A stretch of 64,000 nucleotides of DNA from Haliotis cracherodii (Eukaryota), in contig NW_027266264.1 of the NCBI RefSeq assembly GCF_022045235.1, forward strand, positions 52,452,001 to 52,516,000. Reading direction: 5' to 3'. Below are positions 1 through 11,230 of the stretch, one piece after another. Each line of letters begins with the position of its first letter. The stretch's first letter is position 1. Both the position numbers and the translations under genes were made by a program. A model generated the notes under the pieces. That model saw only the letters and a list, made by a program, of their open reading frames with translations, did no database searches and had not been told where the DNA came from.

Positions 1-5
1 ATCTC
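1..5 (-). CDS. MOCS2: Start of the probable last MOCS2B coding exon (GAG AT..., completing PIWKK-E), truncated by the window edge
   Basis: ccccacag|GAG AT gives the expected PIWKKE continuation; only 5 nt are visible. Confidence 0.6.
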
Positions 6-730
6 CTGTGGGGCCTGTATTGGATAATATACAGGTAATATACAGGTACATGTGACACATCTTCTTGAAGGACACCATTGCAGTTAGGAGGGAGGAGGAA
101 AGGACCAGAGAAGTAAGATAGGTAAGCTATAATATAAACCAACTTATTAAGAAATCATTATCTTGGGACTTATAAACAATACATTGGGATATTTTCTTAC
201 AATGATGTTTACAACACACACAAAAGAAATATCCCCCGCCACCTCAACTCTGTAAATACTGTTCAACGTTTGATGGATTTACTTCTTATTCCGTGAAACA
301 TGAAACTGATTACTTTTAAGAATCTGCAACTGAAGTTACTAGTCTGAACCCCAAGTCTTTTAGAACTGATTCTGACTTTTGAAGCTCAGCTAATAATAGT
401 CCATATGTTACAATGAGCTTTTACTGAAAGTCTCTGAAGGGCAGGTTTGGGTTGGCTGATGAAATGTTTTTGATATACTTGAAATTAACATAAGTCTGCT
501 GGTCCGAGGCTAGTTGAATTCAGGAATGTCCAGTGACATTTCCTTGTTGACTACCACTTTTACAATTAGGTACGTGGCAATTATGTAGGAGTTCATTTCC
601 ATGAACAAGAGAAAATAGAAATTAATTTACAAACCCAGACATTAATGTATGTGAATTAGCTTTCACTATTTCAGTAACCCTATCAAACGTTGCACAGCAT
701 ACAATAAACTATCAATCCATAATCCACATA

Positions 731-911
731 CAGTAAACTACAGTTATAACAAACACGCTTATAACGAACTGATGGATATAACGAACTTACTTTTTGGTCC
801 TGACTACTTGCTGTAGTCATGCTGTATATGTACTCGTACTTATAATGAACTGTGGTTATAACGAAATAAAATTAGAAGTCCCTTTGAGTTCGTTATAACC
901 GTAGTTTACTG
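731..911. mobile_element. Tc1/mariner-type MITE
   Basis: TIRs CAGTAAACTAC(A/G)GTTATAAC, TA flanks on both sides, internal ttataacgaa repeats. Confidence 0.85.
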
Positions 912-1026
912 TATTGCAGAACGTGTTGGTCAACAAAATGAGAATAATGCATTCTTATATCAAGAAGAAACATTTGTTGAGTCGAGGAGCCAGAGATGAT
1001 GAGTGAGTGAGTGAATGAGTGCCTAC

Positions 1027-1150
1027 CTTCTTCCAGATGGGCACAGTGGCCTTGAGGGTATCAATGGCATAGGAGACGGCAGCCAGTGACTCCTTCCGAT
1101 GTGGGGAGGAGACCGCGATTATGATGCTGGACTCGGTCACAGGAACAACA
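1027..1150 (-). CDS. MOCS2: MOCS2B exon: [41 protein letters not shown]
   Basis: MoaE motifs SSPHR and PIWKK; acceptor ttctgtag, donor AAG|gtaggc. Confidence 0.95.
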
Positions 1151-2088
1151 CTACAGAACACAGGAGAATGGTCAAGGGAGGGCAGAAAAATAAGTCTGGA
1201 CAGTCAGTCAATCTATCAGAAAGCTGCATTCAGCAGTATTCATGATCCTATATCATGGTGGCCTGTACATATCTAAATATGTGACAAACCAGTGGTTGAT
1301 ATTATGAGCATTTTCCAATGTCGCTGAGGTACGATGACACACAAGTCTGACCAACCAATGCCTCTCTTGGCCTCTGAGACCTATTCTTACCCGACTTCTC
1401 ATGAGTACGTCTTGACATTGCATGTTAAATAGTTATTGGCCTACTACTTATAGGAAATTGTACAAATTACATGGATCATTATAAAATACAGTCAGTGTTG
1501 CCTCTGGAATGAGTGAATGTTGTTTTCATATAACCAGATCACACAATGGAGACAGGAATGTAGGGTAGTGGGGCTCTCTTCTGCCCCACTTGAAACCCAT
1601 GAGGAAACAAGTGATGGTTAATGGGACCCGTTCAACTCTAAATCCCAAAGGGACACAAACATTGAATACTGGGGGCCAATCTGTTATGGTTCTTCTTTCG
1701 TAAACAAAAAGATGGGATACTGGGGATCTATTCTGCTCTAACTCCCTGTTGAGCATCAATTTTGGAGTACTTTCCTTCTGCCCTTAACAATCTAAGTTGC
1801 CTCCAAGAAAAAACGGGAACACCTTTTTCGGATTGTTCAAATATTAACTAGGCCCCAAAGCAGTTCAGTCTAATATAAACTATTTGCAATCAATCTAACC
1901 ATGAAATGACAATGCCTTTTAAATCTAACCAAGGCTGTACACTTTGCCTCAGAAAGACCATAGTTGAAACAGGATCATTAGCTAACACATCTAGTATGCT
2001 CCTATTCTATTCAGTACTTTACTTGATCCTACTGCAGAATTACAAGTAAAACAAGGGCATCATTTGACCAACCGCCATCTGGACCTAC

Positions 2089-2239
2089 CCAAGTCTGTGG
2101 ACAATGGCGATGTGTTCAACCTGCCACTGAGCTCGGATCTGGTCACAAACTTCCACCATTTTCTTCTTTGCCATGGGAACGTAGGCCTCATACTCCAGTT
2201 TCACAACACGCTTGTTGTCAAAGTTGTCCCGCGTTGTTC
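2089..2239 (-). CDS. MOCS2: MOCS2B exon: (G)TTRDNFDNKRVVKLEYEAYVPMAKKKMVEVCDQIRAQWQVEHIAIVHRLG
   Basis: MoaE motifs GTTRD, LEYEAY and HRLG; canonical ag/gt with matching phases. Confidence 0.95.
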
Positions 2240-2366
2240 CTGTGTGGAGACAAAAGCTACATAACAGAAGGGGTCTTATGAAACATCGCCACAAATGTAA
2301 TGACACAAGTGACGCGATCCTCAACCAACTTGCCCACCCTCCAGTCCATGTAATGTATAACATAAT

Positions 2367-2481
2367 TACCAGGGTTCTATTCCTCAAAGCAAGCACAGAG
2401 CTGAGGTGATCGTAACTCCCATACTTTAACATAGACTTACGACAGTCATAGTGCTATGATTGCTTTGTGAACGGCGTCCTG
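2367..2481. mobile_element. Short decayed MITE related to the 9446-9902 element
   Basis: Ends ...ttcctcaaagcaagc / gattgctttgtgaacgg resemble the TIRs at 9446 and 9902. Confidence 0.5.
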
Positions 2482-2769
2482 TCCATGACATTGATTGCAT
2501 GTTATGAGCAAGAACAGAATCGCAAAGTTTGAAACGACAGTGAGTCATAATTTTTATTTGGGTATACAGTGAAACCTTGAAGGACTTGTTAATCTAAAAG
2601 CCCTACTTTTCTGACGATGACTCTTATAATAGAAATGTCTACAGACATACAGACATTGGTCTCAATGAGTCTAGAGTCCTAAATTTGAAATGGGGCTGTT
2701 TGTAATTTTAGAGAGTTTTAGATTTAGAAACATGAGGTAGTGAGGACATATTCTGCCTTCAAAACTGAC

Positions 2770-2866
2770 CCATGAAGACTGATACAGCTCCACACGAGGG
2801 CGCAGTGACGAGGGCTGTGATACGATCCAAGTTGAGCTTTTCCTCTGTTATATCTATGTGATTCAT
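2770..2866 (-). CDS. MOCS2: MOCS2B (catalytic MoaE subunit) first coding part: MNHIDITEEKLNLDRITALVTAPSCGAVSVFMG; the exon starts at 2889
   Basis: MoaE-type CGAVSVFxG motif; acceptor ttttcatctacag at 2890, donor G|gtcagt. Confidence 0.9.
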
Positions 2867-3112
2867 CTTCTCGAGTTTCCTGGGATTATCTGTAGATGAA
2901 AATAACATTTGATTTTTATAACTTTGCTACACTTTCTACAATAACATTTCTATGAAGAGTGTGAGCTCAACTGGTTTTACATCATGACAGGACATCTGTG
3001 AGGTTACAGCCAATACTGTGACACAGACATCAATCTCTGTAATCTGTACGGGGTTATTTTCAGGTTGAATGTTACAAGGTAAGAACTTGAAAAAGTTTTA
3101 CACTTTATCAAG

Positions 3113-3367
3113 TTTGTTGTTTAATGCTACAGTCAGCAATATTCCAGCCATATGACGGTGGTCTGTAAATAATTGAGTCGGGACTAGATAATCCAGTGAT
3201 TGATATCATGAGCATAGATCTACGCAATTGTGATACAATGACATGAATCAACCAAGTCAGCAAGCATGACCACCAGATCTCTTATGACAAGCATAGTCGT
3301 CAAGCATGGGTTGCTGAAGACCTATTCTAATCCGGATCTTCACAGGTTTAGTGAGTGAGTGAGTGAG
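3113..3367 (-). repeat. Interspersed SINE-like repeat; related copies at about 1200-1405, 28790-29000 (opposite orientation) and 31480-31825
   Basis: Shared blocks cagcaatattccagcc, catgagcatagatc and cctattctaatccgg; (gtga)n runs. Confidence 0.65.
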
Positions 3368-3468
3368 CGCAATCCGTGAACACAGGTATGAACACAGGTA
3401 TGGCAAAATTTTATTTGTTATGCAAGGGCACATTTTATTTTGTTCCACCGTTCTGGTGTTCTGGCAGC

Positions 3469-4050
3469 AATCTCACTAAAATCAGATCTAAGTTCTCATT
3501 GCCGCTAAACAAGGATCTGAGGACACCTTTCACGAACTTTGACCGACCACTGAAACGAAAAAAACACAGAAGTCGACATCAGCCAATTAGAAAGCAGCTT
3601 TCATGAGCTTTACGGCACTCGTTTCAACCTGGCGACTTCCATTTCAGACTATCCTTGAAAAATTTGTTGACACAGTTCTCTATTAAAATTTTGAAAACTG
3701 AACAAAAGAACAATCCGGAATGTCTAATATATGGTTACGATTGTATTGCAGTGCTTTCCACATACTGTACAATGCCTGCTCTGTTCAAATGTTTATCCCA
3801 CGGAAGCGAGAGACAGACGATAATTTTGACAGAATCAGTCGTACGGGCCGTAACTGTCGTTCGGAGTACCCCGTTTTAACTTTTTCTAGGTTGCATGTTT
3901 AGAAAACACATTCCGACTGTCACTTTCATAATCTGGTAAGCGACGCTTTGATTGGTCAGATGAAAGGTCGTTCTGATGTGACCCGTAATGGGATGTCCTC
4001 AGATTTTTGTTTAGCAATAGCGAGAACTAAGATCTGATTTTAATGAGATT
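3469..4050. mobile_element. Non-autonomous DNA transposon, Mutator-like
   Basis: About 30-bp TIRs aatctcactaaaatcagatctaagttctc / gagaactaagatctgattttaatgagatt; direct repeat ttctggcagc at 3459-3468 and 4052-4061. Confidence 0.75.
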
Positions 4051-4502
4051 ATTCTGGCAGCTGTTAGGTTCCTTCACCATTGTAACAAAGCCATGCTTGT
4101 CTGTGACATCGATATGGTAGGCAGGGCCACTCTTTACATATATCAACCTTTGTCCAGAAATTAGATTAATACCAAACATATGAAAAGAGCCCTATGTTCA
4201 TTATCATGTATTTATGCCACGATTGTAACTGCCTGAGTTTAATTATAGTGATTACCATAACCAATCCGCCTGAGATGAATGCCAACACAGTGATAAAATA
4301 AAAAGATCATCTCCCTGCACTGCAGCTGTTGGCAGATTCATGTTGGTACAATGTGGATATGAACTTATGACCACCTTAACCATTACAATATCCAAAACAA
4401 ATTAGATCATGAAATGTGAGGCAATAACTGTTTTATTAATTGTTATTCAGATTTATCAAATCTATCAACATCTTCAGAAATTATCAGTATAGTAATATTT
4501 AC

Positions 4503-4570
4503 TATTATTATTATTATTATTAATATTATTGATGATGATGATGATGATGATCATCATCATCATCATCAAC
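4503..4570. repeat. Compound (TAT)n-(GAT)7-(CAT)5 microsatellite
   Basis: Read directly. Confidence 0.9.
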
Positions 4571-4835
4571 ATCAGAAGCAGCAGCAGCTCAGGGCCCTTG
4601 CCCCCTCTACATGCAGCCCAGACAGCTAATGGGACTTCTCCCAGAAGCGCTGCCTAGTCGAATCCACCCAGAATTTTTTTGAGAATGTGAAGACTCGTCA
4701 ACACTGCAACCTTCTGCATTACTCAGATTGTCAGAAGGGCTGTATTCCTGGCAGCAAACCTGGGTACTCTCCCAATGTCAGACAACAGATTGGGAGGTAC
4801 CAAACCTAAGGCACTGAGATCAATGTGGAGTTGGA
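4503..4835 (-). mobile_element. 3' fragment of an RLE-type non-LTR retrotransposon (R4/Dong-like)
   Basis: Translation ...SALGLVPPNL...MQKVAVLTSLHILKKIL..* (stop 4654-4656) resembles the GALGxVP...LQKxxLxxxxxILRKVL C-terminus of R4-clade proteins; followed by a (TAA)n-type tract. Confidence 0.55.
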
Positions 4836-5571
4836 CATGTGACACCCTTCACTCTTGTTTCTTGCGAGAGCAAGTGCTCAGGGGACGGTCGGGCTGGCAT
4901 CAGCCAAGTGTTCACGTATTACTTTTTAAAATTCTACAAATTACATTAAGTAATACGTTACCACTGTTATACCGAGGCTGATTACCACAGTAGGCGGTGG
5001 GGAGCGCTACAACCCAAACATGACTGCTCATTGTTCCTTTTCCAACCAGCGGAGGTAAACAAGGCAGAAGCACTCTATGCGCATGCTCCCAGCCTGGCGT
5101 TACCGTATAGGAATATCAAAGCACTGTCAAGTGCATACCATAAGGCTCAATCGTCTTTGCCAAACGATTGGTGACTACAAACGGCCCCACTGGATAGGTA
5201 TTTCATCGCCGCAGCAGATGAGAACACAGTACCCATGTGAGCTGAATCTTAGATCAGGTTAAACAGTCAGGAAGAGGGAAATTAATTTCAGAAAGCCTAC
5301 TTAAAGTATGAGTTAGGCGCGTGACCTAATTCCAGTATTTGTAAGCATGCATTACAAGGTTGGAACACAGGACGGACAATTAAATACATAATTGTCAAAA
5401 ATACAAATAAGGACAAAACACACAAAATGCCGCCCCACCTGTGGTGTGAGAGCCCTGGTTTGCGGGATCCCCACTCCTGTTACCCACGGCGGTGGGACCA
5501 CCTCGACCCAGGTTGACCACCACGCAAAGGTCTGAAGCCTAAGGAGTTCGGTACTGCGCTAGGAACAACCC

Positions 5572-6530
5572 TTAGATGACCGCTTGCGCCGCGATCAGTG
5601 GCCCAAGACGATGCACACCCTCCACTTAATGATTGGCAAATACCGAGTCAGAACGCCAGTAACAACCTCTCAATATTCTGAGATATTAGAGTGTAGGGCA
5701 AATGTTGCCACTAGCGCTTGGATCTCATGCAGGTTTGAACCAGCAACCGGTACCCCCCGTGACTGGTATGCCAGACTGATGACAGAACAAAGTCATAACG
5801 CAATCGAGTTGCGAGTTATGTCAGCAGTCCGATTAGGGTTACACGATATGAACAGATGGTCGCGCCATTGTCTACGTTCATTCGAGGCCTTAAGATAATA
5901 CTTAAGGACCCTAACCGGACACCGTGATCTGTCCTCGGCATCAGCAGGATGTAAGATTTCATTGAGTGATCTTACAGTGCATTCTCTCTCCGTTTGGCCA
6001 AATTTCTGATTCTAAGTGATGAAGCCCATGAGCAGGCCCAGTCTGGACCGCTCCTTTGTCGTCCCTATCGAATCGAACCTTGTTGACATCGATTGCATGC
6101 ATTTCCAACTCCCGTGCCGCCATGGGAAATGAGAGGGGAAATGCTGTTTTCCAAGTCAACTGCCCGAACGAAGCACTACTCAAGGGTTCATACAAAGTCT
6201 CCGTAAGTGATTGAATCACCGGCTCTTTTGAGAGACTGGTACTCATAGCATTGTCCCGTACCATAGCAACGGACAAGACATAGCGGAATGGAACCCCTGG
6301 AGAGTTTCCAGGTCTCTCGTAAGTGAGACATGAAACGAGCAGCGTCCTGCACAGATACCTTATCTGGCGAAAGAATGTGATGTTTACTACACCACTTCAT
6401 GAAAATAGCCCAGCTTGCATTATACACCTTCTGGGTAGAATCACGATGCATACTAACCTATGCCCGAGACGCCTGGCGAGAGAAACCTTTCCTCCTCAGT
6501 CGCTCGGTGACAACATCCACGCGTGCAGAT
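5572..6530 (-). pseudogene. DIRS tyrosine recombinase remnant
   Basis: RDSTQKVYNASW..F.KWC; LTWKTAF...ARELEMHAI; CPVRVLKYYL; HEIQAL (HxxR decayed); CYWRSDSVFANH* (catalytic Tyr position is a stop); LGPLIAAQAVI* end. Confidence 0.85.
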
Positions 6531-6590
6531 TGAACTGCCCTGCGTTTGGATGAAGCTGACGTGTGTGAGGGTGGATCAGCAGATCCAGTC

Positions 6591-7500
6591 TCACAGGCAG
6601 TGGAAGTTGTGACTGTGTGGCCTGGGCCAGCAAGTCGGGGTACCACAATCTGTTCGGCAAACAACAATGGACGCGATCAATAACATTCGACAGTGGACTC
6701 CTCGGAGCCGGCTTAGAATGAGTGGTATTAACGCCGTCGGCGGGTAAGCATAAGCGTCCATGCCCATCCAGTCTAACGCTAGTGCATCGTGATCGATGGC
6801 CCTCTGGTCCGGGACTGGTGATACAAACAACGGGACGACATCGGACGACCCAGACGTTCGCACAGCCACTGAAACACTACTGGATTGAGGATCCACTCCA
6901 TGGGGCTCGGATCCCGAGGCCTTGACAGAGCGCCTGCCAGCATGAGTCGGGCGCCGACTAGACGATGCTTCCAGTGATTGACTGCGTTGATCACTGCCTT
7001 GAACTCTAGGCAATTGATGTGAAGACCTAGTTTGTCTACGCACCACGGCCCCGAGCTCACCTCCCCCTCTAGATGGGCACCCCAGCCCACTAGAGAGGCG
7101 TCTGATTACAGGTTCAACGTGGCCTGAGAGGGGTCCATAGAAACTCCTGATAAGACGTTGTATGGGACCGTCCACCACTCCAGATGCGGTCCAAGCCGAT
7201 CTGGGAGGGCGACATACGCACTGTTCTCCCCCTGTGCTAACAACTGGATGAGAAACCGTTGCAGCGGGTGGAGTTGGAGACGACCGTTCGCTGCAGTCTT
7301 GGGCCGATAACTCTCGTACCGCCCTCTTCTCCACCAACCTGCCGATTGCATCGGCGAGGATGGGAAGATCAGCTTCCGAATAGAAACCTACCAATGGGGC
7401 GACGGTGAGCGGTGGATTTGCCTTGAGATCTAGCCGATAGCTGTACCGGATTGTGTTGACCACCCAGGGGTCGTCGAACACTTGGTCCCAATTCTCTCAG
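6591..7500 (-). pseudogene. DIRS pol remnant (RT N-terminus, RNase H, DAM-like methyltransferase)
   Basis: DPWVVNTIRYSYRL; GWGAHL...LHINCLEFKAV; ALSR..MEWILNP; DALALDW..DAYAYPP; RT core missing; frameshifts. Confidence 0.85.
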
Positions 7501-7802
7501 TAAGTCTGGAGTCTGGCTCCTACCGGGGAAGGAAAGGGAGGCCTGACAGGCTGCGGCAGGCGCAACTGTCCAGGGCCGAGTGACTCGGCTTCGCCTACAG
7601 GACAACCGAAGTTGACGCTGTCGGCATACGAACCCCTCCAGTGAGAGTCACCTGGAGGAGCCCTTGCCGTCCTTAGACGGTTTGGGCTTCCCCCAGTGTC
7701 CCTTCTTCCCGCGAAAGGACGGGAGATTGCCCTTACCGGAAAAGGAAGAAGGACCCGACCCCTTGGACTTACCGGCCGCAGCATCCTGAGGGGGCACTCC
7801 GC

Positions 7803-8453
7803 TTAGATCCAAGATCCAGCGTGTGCCGAGAGGCCTTGGCGGACACAGCAGCCTGTTGTTCTTTGAGAACGCCAGGGATCTTTTTTATCAAACAGGGTCT
7901 GTGCAGACCAAGGCTGCGAAAGGAGGACCTCCTGATTAGCAGCGTCCAACCCTGAGGCGGCAAGGTACGCTTGCCGTCTGAGGAAGAGGCACGTGCCGGA
8001 AAAAAAGGCCGAAGCCCCGGCGACGTACTCAAGCCAAGCATTTAAACTGATTAAACAGTTGTAAATGCACTGGTCTCGGTCCGCGTACGAAACAGCCAGC
8101 GGCCTATCCTGGGATAAGGCCTCCAGCTTGGAGTCAACGAGTTGCGAAAGCAATGCAGTAACGGAGTCCCCGGTCAGCCCAAGGGTCGCCAGGGGATCCG
8201 CTGCAGACGTGGAAGTGGTACCCGCAAGGGGACCCCTACCGGGCGAGCCGGCCACCACAGGGATGGAGACAGGCTGGAACGCCTCAGGCCCCACACCATC
8301 GCACAGGGCGCACCGGGTGTACCCACAAGGAACCCTGCACTGCGGGCAACGATCATGGAGATCCTGGGACAATAGAAATTTGTGGCACACCGCGCAACGC
8401 CTGGTTGCGGGAGTGGAAGGGGTGGAGCACGGCGAAGTGTCCATGTCAGACAT
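7803..8453 (-). pseudogene. DIRS gag-like ORF with N-terminal Cys/His finger
   Basis: CAVC...DLHDRCPQC...C...CALC motif; first ORF of the element; frameshifted downstream. Confidence 0.75.
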
Positions 8454-8968
8454 TGTTTAAGCTATAAACAAAGAACAAAACATGGTTACAACACAAGCGC
8501 CACAAATATTCACAACGAACATTTTCACAAGAAAATAAACGAGTAATGCGAATATAGAACATACACATATTTTAGCGTGATGTAAAAAAACCCAAACATA
8601 CTATAACAGGGGAACGTAAGGCACAACATGCAGACAAAACACCCTGTAAGTATATAGAGAAAAGCGGGGAAAAATATTTCCGAGCGTAGTTAAAGCAAAC
8701 GCCCTCAATAGATATAGTTTATATGCTAATAAACAGTAATAAATATCACCAAAGGATGAAAAAACAGGAACGCTTCCAAGCAGTCTTTGAACGTCTTGCT
8801 GAGGCAAGCGAAGAGACAAGAGTGAAGGGTGTCACATGGCAGCTCAGGTGGCTACGCAAGTGCTGCATGAGGTAATTGACATCTCTGTGGTAGATTTCGC
8901 TATTTAAGCAGTTGTGGGAGACAACAGCCTCGGTATAACAGTGGTAACATATTACTTAATGTAATTTG

Positions 8969-10410
8969 GTGGATCCAAGTTGGCAATCTAATATGCCTGA
9001 AGGATGATAGCAAGCAACCATAATGATACGGTCTTGATGCTGACTTCATTCATAATGTCAAAAAATGTTAACAAACAATTAACAGGTGTTTCCTAGCACC
9101 ATGCAGAGTCTTGGAGCGATGGATATAAACTCACAGTGCATGCACAGGGCACAATAGGAGTTCTATGTGTCTTCGGTTCCCACAATCAATGATAAAGGTA
9201 GGAATGAGAAGGACCAGTTGGACTGTCCTGGTAGTTGATTCTTGGCAATGAAATCCCAGCACAGCCCTAGGTGAACAGCTCTGTGCGTACCATGCACAAA
9301 GCATATGCGGGTAATGTCGAAAGTATGAAGCTCACTTCTTGGTGAGGTTATAAAACAATGTAGCATGGAGAGGCTTGAATGGCAGAGCACGCAAACACTG
9401 AAGTACGACATTCAAATCCTATGCGGGAGAGGGAAACTTAGTCCTCTGGGCCCCGTTCCACAAAGCGATCTTAGGGCTAAGTTGATTGTAACTCACTAAG
9501 TATGCGATCTTAAATTTTTGTTACGATCAGCCGCCCGTTCCACAAAGCAATCTTAACTAAGAGAGTTGTAAGTTAAGATCAAAATGCTAAGTTGCTCCGG
9601 ACCAACTTAGGATTGCTAAAATTGATCTTGAATATTGTACTATAACAACAAAGATGGCGACTTTTATTATGATGTGCAAGGAAATGCGTTGTCTGCTAAA
9701 CATGACCAAGGGAAAATTTCGTATCTTTATGGCTGAAGATTCCGATCATTGTTAAGATCGGCTACTTAAGAACTTGTAAAGTTACAATCGCCCTAAGATC
9801 GCTTTGTGGAACGGGTGTAAACTTTAGCTAAGACAATTTTTGAATCGACGTAAGTCTCTAAGACTGATTGTAGTTACGATCGCTTTGTGGAACGAGGCCC
9901 AGATCTTCAAGACGCAATGAGCGTCATAGCGCCTGTAGTTCTAGGTTCTTTGTAATTTTTGATCTTCTGGAATTTCAAACACCAAATTGCGAGCCACCAC
10001 AATAGGTAGTAATGCTTCTGCCTGTCAGGTGTTGCTTGGTATGCAGATAAGGGAGGTATTCAGCCAAGAATTGAGGCAAGGTTGTAGTGGGGTCCTGGCC
10101 CTTTCTTTTACATCAATCATAAAGGTCTCGATCAGTGTGCCATAGCAATGGTCTCAACTGCCCGTGCTGAATAGCCTTTTGTGCCTTGATTTCTCTTAAG
10201 AAGGTGTGCAGATGAAACCTGCTTTCCGTTGGGTGTGTTAACCTGCTGTGCAGATGGATGGGTAGGTTGGACCACCCCGGCAGAGTGGATCTCTTTCTGC
10301 AAGACTTCTGAGGTCTATGACCCAACGTCTTGCTGATACCCAAGGCACGGTAACGATGAGAGCAAGGCTCTTGGTTGCCCGGATGTTCCTTATCAAAAAT
10401 CACTATGATG
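8969..10410 (-). mobile_element. Second, older DIRS fragment (methyltransferase end plus YR N-terminal two-thirds), interrupted by a MITE
   Basis: Minus-strand translation: GYSARAVETIAMAH; QFLAEYL.YL...HLTGRSITTY; *DLNVVLQCLRALPFKPL; RSELHTFD; DFIAKNQ; LLCPVHAL; TVSLWL..IILQAY. Confidence 0.75.
9446..9902. mobile_element. PIF/Harbinger-like MITE with a duplicated internal TIR pair
   Basis: TIR ctgggcc(c/t)cgttccacaaagcgatc at both ends; inner copies at about 9535-9555 and 9797-9814. Confidence 0.8.
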
Positions 10411-10723
10411 TCATTCCCAAAGACATGAACACAAGTATAAACATTACTACATTTGGGGTTAGAGGGCAAATTTCAAGATGCCATGGTTAAGATCAAATGT
10501 AATATATGAAGACACAAACCAAAGGAAAGATATAATTCACATAAAACGTATAGCATGCAAAGGATTGTAATGGGTAAAGCTGAGGGCTCGAAACCAGTGA
10601 CTGTTCTCTCTGAGTGACACCAGTAATGTGATGATATGTGACGTCATCACTTCCGTGGTCATGTGGGAGCTGTGTGATGGGATTAGCCACACAACCAGTT
10701 GGAACATCTTCTTCTTCAGCAAG

Positions 10724-11002
10724 GGGGCACGGGTGGCCCAGTCGTCTAAGGCGCCGCGATTTGCTGTGCAGAGTTGCGTCCCTTGAGGACGCCAGAAACC
10801 TATGATTGTGGGTTCGAATCCTGGTTCGCCCCGATTATGTTTCTAGGTTTGTCAGCACCATACCCGTGCTCGTGGGTTTCACCGAAGTGGTAAACGTCTT
10901 AGACCTGCATCACTTCGGGCTTTCCTCCCACATTAAGCTGGCACGCCGTGATATAACTGGAATACTGTTAAAAGAGGCATTAAACCCAACTCACTCACTC
11001 AC
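10724..11002 (+). mobile_element. tRNA(Leu-like)-derived SINE, family A, full length
   Basis: A-box tggcccagtcgtctaagg, B-box ggttcgaatcc, (cact)n tail, about 14-bp TSD tcttctt(c/t)agcaag. Confidence 0.9.
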
Positions 11003-11230
11003 TCTTCTTTAGCAAGACCTCACACAGCTCTTCTTTCTGTCAAGAATCTTCAGTAAATGCATTAGGGAGCAAAAATAAATAAAAATATGAATAACAAATA
11101 GACAACCATTCTGATAACCATCATTGCCAGGAATAAAATTGCTGTGGGCACAGAGATCAGCTTGGGACCCCCATTTCAATGACTGGGACCCCTAAAAGTT
11201 ATTTTAAGCCTTACCTGTGAGAGCAATGGT

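Larger units (their letters stand above)
4837..8968 (-). mobile_element. DIRS-type tyrosine-recombinase retrotransposon, decayed, internally deleted, right ITR truncated
   Basis: gag-RT-RNaseH-methyltransferase-YR order; 8925-8968 is the reverse complement of 4937-4980 (43/44, ICR); 8811-8837 is the reverse complement of 4837-4863 (26/27, ITR remnant); GC-rich relative to host. Confidence 0.9.

Noticed and set aside
4805-4836. Possible HxxR continuation (PH-DLSAL) of the older DIRS recombinase beyond the young element
   Set aside because: Needs a frameshift; the uninterrupted frame fits an RLE-LINE C-terminus better
8065-8460. Plus-strand ORFs overlapping DIRS gag (also 5584-5898 overlapping YR)
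   Set aside because: Antisense shadows of GC-rich element coding sequence
10724-10835. tRNA gene
   Set aside because: No proper anticodon arm; followed by a SINE body, (cact)n tail and TSD; multiple diverged copies
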